Below are positions 57,973-64,000 of a stretch of DNA of 64,000 nt, one piece after another. Within the stretch, counting starts at the first letter, position 1. Each line of letters starts with the position of its first letter. The DNA lies in contig OY764159.1 in assembly GCA_963668175.1 (NCBI GenBank), positions 2,720,001 to 2,784,000 of the forward strand, in the 5' to 3' direction. The notes beneath the pieces were generated by a model. It saw nothing but the letters and a program-made list of their open reading frames with translations. It was not told where the DNA came from and made no database searches. A program made the position numbers and the translations under genes. The DNA comes from Syntrophales bacterium (GTDB taxonomy: Bacteria; Desulfobacterota; Syntrophia; Syntrophales; PHBD01).

Positions 57973-58539
57973 CTAATCGATGTGAACGCCTATGGAGAAG
58001 GCCTTGCCGATGTTCATCCCGAGGGCGTAGTAATGGCCGTTTTCCGGGGCGTAGATGACGGGCCGCGCCTTTTCGATATCCGGCTCGCCGTCGGACATGA
58101 TGGCTTCGTCCGCCTTGATGTCGAGGATCTCGCCGATGAACTGGGTGTGCATCCCGAGTTCGATGGTGTGCGTCAGGCGGCATTCCAGGATCAGGGGGAA
58201 TTCCTCGATATAGGGCGCATCGACGAGGTCGCTCTTCACGGGCGTGAGGCGCGTGTCGGCGAACTTGTCCTTCTTCTTCCCCGAGGCGATGCCGAAATAA
58301 TCCACTTCCTTGACATACTTCTCGGACGGCACGTTGGCCGTGAAAGCCTTTCTCTCCACGATGCTGCCGTATGTGTATCGCGACTTCCTGACGGACACGG
58401 CCAGGCAGGGCGGTTTCGAACAGCAGATGCCGGCCCAGGCGGCTGTCATGACATTGGCCTTGCCGTTCTTGTCGTACGTGCCGATGACCAGCGCCGGTGT
58501 GGGGTAGATGATGGTTCGGGGTCCCAGCGATGCTTTCAT
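57973..58539 (-). CDS. Flavin reductase family protein (flavoredoxin-like)
   Basis: YPTPALVIGTYD..GKANVMTAAW, DAPYIEEFP..LEC, HTQFIGEI. Confidence 0.92.
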   Translation of the reverse strand: MKASLGPRTIIYPTPALVIGTYDKNGKANVMTAAWAGICCSKPPCLAVSVRKSRYTYGSIVERKAFTANVPSEKYVKEVDYFGIASGKKKDKFADTRLTPVKSDLVDAPYIEEFPLILECRLTHTIELGMHTQFIGEILDIKADEAIMSDGEPDIEKARPVIYAPENGHYYALGMNIGKAFSIGVHID

Positions 58540-58663
58540 GAATCTTTCCTCCTATGCGTTCTGTAACGGCGATAGATGGCCGATCGCTCATGTCCGCTGC
58601 AACGGGGCAGGGCGGGGCGGTCGGCGCCGTTATGATTTTCTTCTGTCTCGGCGCTGAAAAAGG

Positions 58664-59107
58664 TCAGCGCCCGGGATATCCTTTCTTCCTGTATCGTTGC
58701 AGTTCGGCGGCAAACCAGGCCGCGCTCTCGACCGGCTCTCCCCCGCCGCATTTCACGAGATAGGGCCTGCCGCTGATGCTGCTTCCCGTGGCCGCCCGTT
58801 CGATGAACGATTCCGCGGAGGTGACGAGGCCCCGCTCCAGGAGGTAGCGGTATTTCCTGTCCAGGTGAACGGAGGCTGCTTTGCTCTCGTGCCAATCGCC
58901 GTTCCGCTGGAAGGAGCACGCCGAGCCCTGCAGATAGGCGAAGAGATGCGTAATCTCCCGCTTCGCCGCTTCGCCGGGAACTTCCGCCGCTGCCGCAGCG
59001 GGCACGATGAGAAGCACCGCAACCAGAAGCCATGCCGGCGCCGATGGCCGACAACCCCGCCGTCTCCGTCCCGGACGGGAGATGAAACCGAATGTCCTTA
59101 TCCGCAT
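58664..59107 (-). CDS. DUF5329/YfeK-family secreted protein
   Basis: CSFQRNG.WH....A..HL..K, AESFIERAATGSSISGRPYLVKC. Confidence 0.82.
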   Translation of the reverse strand: MRIRTFGFISRPGRRRRGCRPSAPAWLLVAVLLIVPAAAAAEVPGEAAKREITHLFAYLQGSACSFQRNGDWHESKAASVHLDRKYRYLLERGLVTSAESFIERAATGSSISGRPYLVKCGGGEPVESAAWFAAELQRYRKKGYPGR

Positions 59108-59116
59108 CGCTTGGCC

Positions 59117-59302
59117 TCAGCCGACATATCCCTTGATCGCCTTGACGATCGTGTCCGTAAAAAGAAACACCAGGGCGGCGTAGAGGCCCAGGATCACGAA
59201 AAACTCGAGATCGGTGATCTTGGGGAACTGCTTCTTTATCAAATAAAGAACGATGCAGCCGACGATAAAGGCGACGGCCGGCACGACAGGCAATGCATCC
59301 AT
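59117..59302 (-). CDS. Small 2-TM membrane protein
   Basis: GGAGG RBS; two hydrophobic segments. Confidence 0.6.
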   Translation of the reverse strand: MDALPVVPAVAFIVGCIVLYLIKKQFPKITDLEFFVILGLYAALVFLFTDTIVKAIKGYVG

Positions 59303-59438
59303 CCTCCCTCTCCTTTCCCGCCGGGGGCTTTTCGCTTTCCCGGCTTCGATGCAATGGACGATCCGCTATATTCACAAGGCCCGGACCGGTGCGTCAATCC
59401 TGACAGGTGCAGGGACGCAGCCGGAAAAGGCCGTGTTG

Positions 59439-59804
59439 TCAATTGTTCCGCCCGTTGTCGGCCCGATAACGGGCCTCCAGCTTGCGGACGAACCTCACGG
59501 TCAGGAGCATCGTGACAAGCTGCGGCGCCACCGGCGTGGCGGCGACAGCCTTGAAAAAGACCAGCGGCGACAGATCGGGCGCGGCGTAGAGAAAGAGCAT
59601 GGATACGGCGGTGACGATGCCGGCGGCGAAAAGGCCCCGTCCGAAAAAAGCGTTGGCCTCGTACCACATGCGGTCGTCGCGGAGCGTCGCCTTGCTGCGG
59701 AATCCGTAGATCCGGTTGCGCGGCACCTTGCGGAGCATGAGCGGCACGGCGAGAACCGCCATCAGAACCGAACAGCCGAGGATCGTTAAAAGACCGTCGA
59801 TCAT
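59439..59804 (-). CDS. SdpI/YfhL-family membrane protein
   Basis: VPRNRIYGFR...TL.DDRMWYEANAFFGR. Confidence 0.82.
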   Translation of the reverse strand: MIDGLLTILGCSVLMAVLAVPLMLRKVPRNRIYGFRSKATLRDDRMWYEANAFFGRGLFAAGIVTAVSMLFLYAAPDLSPLVFFKAVAATPVAPQLVTMLLTVRFVRKLEARYRADNGRNN

Positions 59805-59998
59805 GCAATCTCCCCTTGCGAACAGCGTAGGCGAAAGCGAGGTGCCGCCCCGATGGTTCCCGTGTACTTTAAACTGTCACGATTATAGGTTTTCGAAAGT
59901 TCGCTGTCAACAACGAGATGAAAACGCGCAAAATAAAACGCGATGGGGATCGAAGCCGCAGCCCGAGAATTTCAATAGAACATTCCAATGGAATCCCA

Positions 59999-60838
59999 TT
60001 AATGTCTGAATCCTGTCTGACGGGCTTGCCTCTCGTTATCCCGCACGACAGCGGGCGACATCCAAAATACCGTGTCCCATGAAAGCGGATCAGGATCCTT
60101 CTGAAGATCCATGATCAGAAGGGCGCCCGTATCCATTCGCCATACCGCAAGACGGTCCGTTTCTTTGTTCATGTCTCCGCTCCGGCTTCTTTTTATCATG
60201 TTTTTTATGCGGTACAGCGTATCGCGGAAGTCGCCCCTAGACGCATACGCGCTGGGCGCCCCATAGGCGGAATGGACATATTGAACGAGCTCGTCGTGGT
60301 GCCACGGCGGCACATCGAGCCTCACATAGGTTAAGACGCCGTCTCTGAACCAGAAGATTACCGTCAGGGCAGGCATATGGTTCCATTCCAGAAGTTCGTC
60401 GGCGCAAAAAGAGTCGCCGAACGGCCCCCGTTCTTTGCGGCAGAACCAGTTCAATTTGAACTCCCTTCTTGCGCTCTCGATGCTGATAGGTTCGAGTTTA
60501 TTGAAGTCCAAGAGCAGTTGGTCTTCGGCCTGAAAAAAATGCAGACGGTAGACACGGCCATATTCCGAATCCCAAATCCTGTAAAAGATCAAGGTGCCTG
60601 CAAAAATGAACAGGACCGGCAAGATCAGTTTCATGAAATGAAATTTTCTCATCGATGCCGGATCACACGCAGGTGTTTTCTCCGGGGTTTCATCTTTTCC
60701 ATGTGACTTGAACTTTAAAATATCGGACAGAAATTTAGAAGGGTCGACGCCGGACCCTCCGATTGAGACCATGACTTCGTAAAAGACAAAGGCCAGGATG
60801 AAAACGATGATGATGAAGACGATCAATAGGTCTGTCAT
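59999..60838 (-). CDS. Hypothetical membrane protein
   Basis: 279 aa with two TM segments. Confidence 0.65.
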   Translation of the reverse strand: MTDLLIVFIIIVFILAFVFYEVMVSIGGSGVDPSKFLSDILKFKSHGKDETPEKTPACDPASMRKFHFMKLILPVLFIFAGTLIFYRIWDSEYGRVYRLHFFQAEDQLLLDFNKLEPISIESARREFKLNWFCRKERGPFGDSFCADELLEWNHMPALTVIFWFRDGVLTYVRLDVPPWHHDELVQYVHSAYGAPSAYASRGDFRDTLYRIKNMIKRSRSGDMNKETDRLAVWRMDTGALLIMDLQKDPDPLSWDTVFWMSPAVVRDNERQARQTGFRH

Positions 60839-61168
60839 GTCATATTCGGTTCTGCCCTAAAGATAACGCCGCAGGTTCCGGTTCTTGCCTGTTCCTCCGC
60901 CGCGATGATCGCCGCGGGTGCATAAACGGCGCGCCGGGGCGCCTCGCATTCGATCCAAAACCGCGCAATTATAGGTTGCGAGAGCTGCTCTGTCAACGAC
61001 GATATGCGGCACATATTGCGGAAGGGCGAAATATAACATCGGGAGGCATGCCCGGTGCGTGTGTCCAGAGCTGTGCCTGGCGGGAAAAACGCTTTTTAAG
61101 GTATGTGATTAAAAGGTGCGAGAGTCTTTGCGTCCGATCGGGAAATTCAGACCGGACCGATGATCCGG

Positions 61169-61192
61169 AGGGGGCGGTCAGGACCGCCCCCT
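61169..61192. terminator. Hairpin downstream of the MCP gene
   Basis: AGGGGGCGGTC-ag-GACCGCCCCCT. Confidence 0.6.
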
Positions 61193-61211
61193 TTGTCCCG
61201 GGAACAGGATT

Positions 61212-63152
61212 TCAGAAATTTTTGAATCCTTCGTCGTCTTCAAAAGGGATGACCTTCTCGGCCGGTGGACGGCTGCCGCCTTTGGAGGCCTTCGGGTAGT
61301 TGCCTTTTTTCAAGAAAGAGACGGCCTTCCTGGCGACAGGTCTCTCCTCGTGCATTTCGATCTGTTTCATGTCTCCGGACCGGCCCCCGTTTTTCTCGTC
61401 GCCGCTGATGATGGTCTTGAGACCGACGATATTGCCCCGCATCATTTCGGCCTGGGCGTTGGTCTCCTCCGCGGCGCTGGCCAGTTCCTCCGCGTTGGCG
61501 GCGCTCTGCTGGACCACCTTGTCCATCTCGACGACCGCCTTGTTCACCTGGTTGATGCCTTCCGCCTGCTCCGTCGACGCCGCGGATATCTCGCTGACCA
61601 GTTCGGCCACCTTCACCGATTTCTCGGCGACTTCCGCGAAATCCCTGTTGGTCGTGTTGACAAGATCCGTCCCGTCCTTGATCTTCTTGACGGTCCCTTC
61701 GATCAGGCCCGCCGTGTTCTTGGCGGCCTCGGCCGCGCGGATGGCCAGGTTCCTCACCTCGTCGGCGACGACGGCGAAACCCGCCCCGGCTTCCCCGGCC
61801 CTCGCCGCTTCAACCGCGGCGTTCAGGGCCAGGAGGTTCGTCTGGAAGGCGATCTCGTCGATCGTCTTGATGATCTTCGATGTCTCCATGCTGGCGGTGG
61901 TTATCTCTTCCATCGACCTGGTCAGGCTTTTCATGGACTCGTTCGCCCGTATGACGACCTGCTTGGTCTCGGTCATCATGCCGTTGGCCTCCATGGCGTT
62001 GTCGGCGTTCCGGCGGGTCATGGACGACATCTCTTCCAGCGACGAGGATGTCTCTTCGATCGCGGCCGCCTGTTCGGTCGCACCCTCCGCCATGGACTGG
62101 CTGGCCGTCGAGACTTCCGTCGAGGCGGTGGCGATCTGCCGGGCCCCTTCGGTCAGTTCCCCGACGATCCGCGTGATGGGCCCGCTGATGCTCCGGGCGA
62201 AGAAGAGAACCGCCGCGACCGTCAGCGCCAGGAACACGACGCCGATGATGATGATAAAATTACGGATGGCCACGGCGTCTGCCAGGAATTCCTGCGAATC
62301 CTGGGTCATGAAGACCTTCCATCCGGTACCCTCGACGGACGCATAACCCGCCACCTTGGAAACGCCCTTGAAGACATACTCCTCGACGCCTTCTTTGCCG
62401 GACAGGGCCTTCGCCATGAAGTCCCGCATGCCCTCCTGTTGGGACAGGTTCATATCGAGGATGAATTCCTTCTTCGGATGGGCGATGACGAGGCCGTTCT
62501 TGTCCGTCATAAAGACATAACCCGTTTTGCCGATCTTGACGCTGCCGAGCCTTTCGGTCAGGAAATCGATCTTCAATACCAAGGCGACGATGCCGACAAA
62601 TTCACCCGATGCCGTCAGAACGGGGCTGGAAATGCCGACAACCGGGTTGCCGGTCGCTTTCGATTTGACGGGTGAGCCGATCACGCTGGCCTTTCCCGCC
62701 TTGGCCTCTTTGAAATAATCCCGTTCGGCTATGTTGATTCCCTTGTATTTGCCGCCGACGCCGTCGGCAACGACGCTGCCGTCCCTGTCTATCACGAGGA
62801 TAACCTCGTAATCCTTCCCGATTTTCTTCATCACGGCCGCCAGTTCGTTGCTGACGCGGGCCAACTCGCCGGCCGCCGCTTCCGCGCCGCCGGCCGCCGC
62901 TTTTGCCTCGGCGTTGACGACGTCGTCACGCACGGCGAGGCCCAAGACGATCTTCGCCTCTTCCGCCAGAACGAGCTGTACCATCCCCGACAAGTCCCTG
63001 GCGATGTTCTGCGCCTGGTTTTTAGCTGAATCGCCGAGGGCATTCGACGAACGGATTGCGGCAAAAACGCCCACAATCAGAAGGGGAATCAAGACGGCAA
63101 GAACCCCTCCCACCAGCAACTTGAAACCCAACGATCTCTTTTTCATAACCAC
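61212..63152 (-). CDS. Methyl-accepting chemotaxis protein with a dCache sensor domain
   Basis: Two [39 protein letters not shown] signature. Confidence 0.96.
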   Translation of the reverse strand: MVMKKRSLGFKLLVGGVLAVLIPLLIVGVFAAIRSSNALGDSAKNQAQNIARDLSGMVQLVLAEEAKIVLGLAVRDDVVNAEAKAAAGGAEAAAGELARVSNELAAVMKKIGKDYEVILVIDRDGSVVADGVGGKYKGINIAERDYFKEAKAGKASVIGSPVKSKATGNPVVGISSPVLTASGEFVGIVALVLKIDFLTERLGSVKIGKTGYVFMTDKNGLVIAHPKKEFILDMNLSQQEGMRDFMAKALSGKEGVEEYVFKGVSKVAGYASVEGTGWKVFMTQDSQEFLADAVAIRNFIIIIGVVFLALTVAAVLFFARSISGPITRIVGELTEGARQIATASTEVSTASQSMAEGATEQAAAIEETSSSLEEMSSMTRRNADNAMEANGMMTETKQVVIRANESMKSLTRSMEEITTASMETSKIIKTIDEIAFQTNLLALNAAVEAARAGEAGAGFAVVADEVRNLAIRAAEAAKNTAGLIEGTVKKIKDGTDLVNTTNRDFAEVAEKSVKVAELVSEISAASTEQAEGINQVNKAVVEMDKVVQQSAANAEELASAAEETNAQAEMMRGNIVGLKTIISGDEKNGGRSGDMKQIEMHEERPVARKAVSFLKKGNYPKASKGGSRPPAEKVIPFEDDEGFKNF

Positions 63153-63378
63153 CTCTCTATCCTTTTCTTCGTATAATGCCGCCGCGGATACCCGCTCTCA
63201 TCGCTCATGCCCGGTGCCCGGTCCATATCCGGAAGGATATACGCCATGCCGTTCGGTACGGCCGTGCCCCGGATGCAATCCGTATCCGCCTTGTCGCCGG
63301 ATTTGCGCGATCCCCGATGGCATTGCCGGAAACATCCGCGCTTCCGACAACGATATCCGGACCTTAAATACGATGTAA

Positions 63379-63394
63379 TGCGCTTACCGTGCCA
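63379..63394 (-). promoter_or_regulatory. Possible sigma54 promoter for the MCP gene
   Basis: TGGCAC-N5-GCGCA keeps GG-N10-GC spacing but lacks the TT. Confidence 0.3.
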
Positions 63395-64000
63395 GAAGAC
63401 GCGGGGAAGATGCGGCGGACGCCCTGCCGACCCCGAACATATTATGAGAATGATACGGCATTAGAAGGGTCGTTTCGTCCCGGCATCCGCCGAGATGCCG
63501 GTCAGGCCTAAGAATAGCGAATAATGCCGTATAATCGAATGGATGATAATGCTGTGCGCCGTATTCGCCATGCCTGGACGGCCTGAAGGGTCTGAAAAAG
63601 AAAGAGAAATGCAATACTATACCATGGCAATATCCTTATATTATGCCCGGCTGCCGGAAATGAAGATTTGTTATGAAAAATCGGGGGAATATTCTACGAT
63701 TCGAAATTCTCTTTCCGTGAAGAGGGCGAGACAGGCGAAGGACGACGCGATGGGTAGGTTTTCATGAGAAATAAATAATATGATATAGTCATACAAACGA
63801 CTGCAAATATGCATTTCTAACGATCCGTGTATGCCTGGAGGATGAATCGAACCGTCCAATTTGCCGGAATCAGTCCGGAAATTCAGACATGGGTAAGGAT
63901 CGCAGGGCACGGGCGATCGACGGTGAATTTCAATGCCGGCGGAAAATAGCGGTTCGGAGCCGATTGACGAGATGGTAGAATCGTGCTCCTGTTCCGGGTG

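Noticed and set aside
61120..61200. c-di-GMP-I riboswitch (GGACGCAAAG on the minus strand)
   Set aside because: The upstream GGCAAA/GAAA tetraloop stem and downstream P2 are missing; the region is explained by the MCP terminator.
63170..63365. Repeat array from recurring TCCGG/CCGGA motifs upstream of the MCP gene
   Set aside because: The motifs are short, irregularly spaced and expected by chance at this GC content.

Overview
GC-rich bacterial chromosome segment (gene content suggests an anaerobic deltaproteobacterium; inference) in three parts. (1) 1-27.7 kb is an accessory/host region: IS481 end, RelBE-type TA pair, GNAT, tectonin-like propeller, lipoproteins, metallophosphoesterase, nitroreductase, PAS/GAF histidine kinase, PfkB kinase, a 16-Cys mini-protein, an intact IS2-like IS3 element and a GmrSD-like gene. 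(2) 27.8-57.2 kb is a co-oriented T7/BPP-1-like podovirus morphogenesis and lysis module (TerS, TerL, portal, scaffold, capsid, tail A/B, internal virion proteins, tail fibre, amidase, holin) with no recognisable integrase, repressor or replication gene in the window. (3) 57.3-64 kb holds host genes ending in an MCP. The most striking structure is at 45-49 kb, the gp16/ejection-protein slot. Two genes share a 578-bp near-identical core but end in different BECR-type nuclease-like domains. Neither has a protein immunity gene. Instead, four near-consensus sigma70 promoters (TTGACA-N17-TAnnAT) on the opposite strand each precede a ~95-100-nt predicted structured RNA. There are two RNA types, each present once beside its intact nuclease and once as an orphan beside a decayed remnant of that nuclease. 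This suggests a phage polymorphic nuclease system with RNA-based immunity cassettes (hypothesis). All domain calls are by eye; no searches were run.
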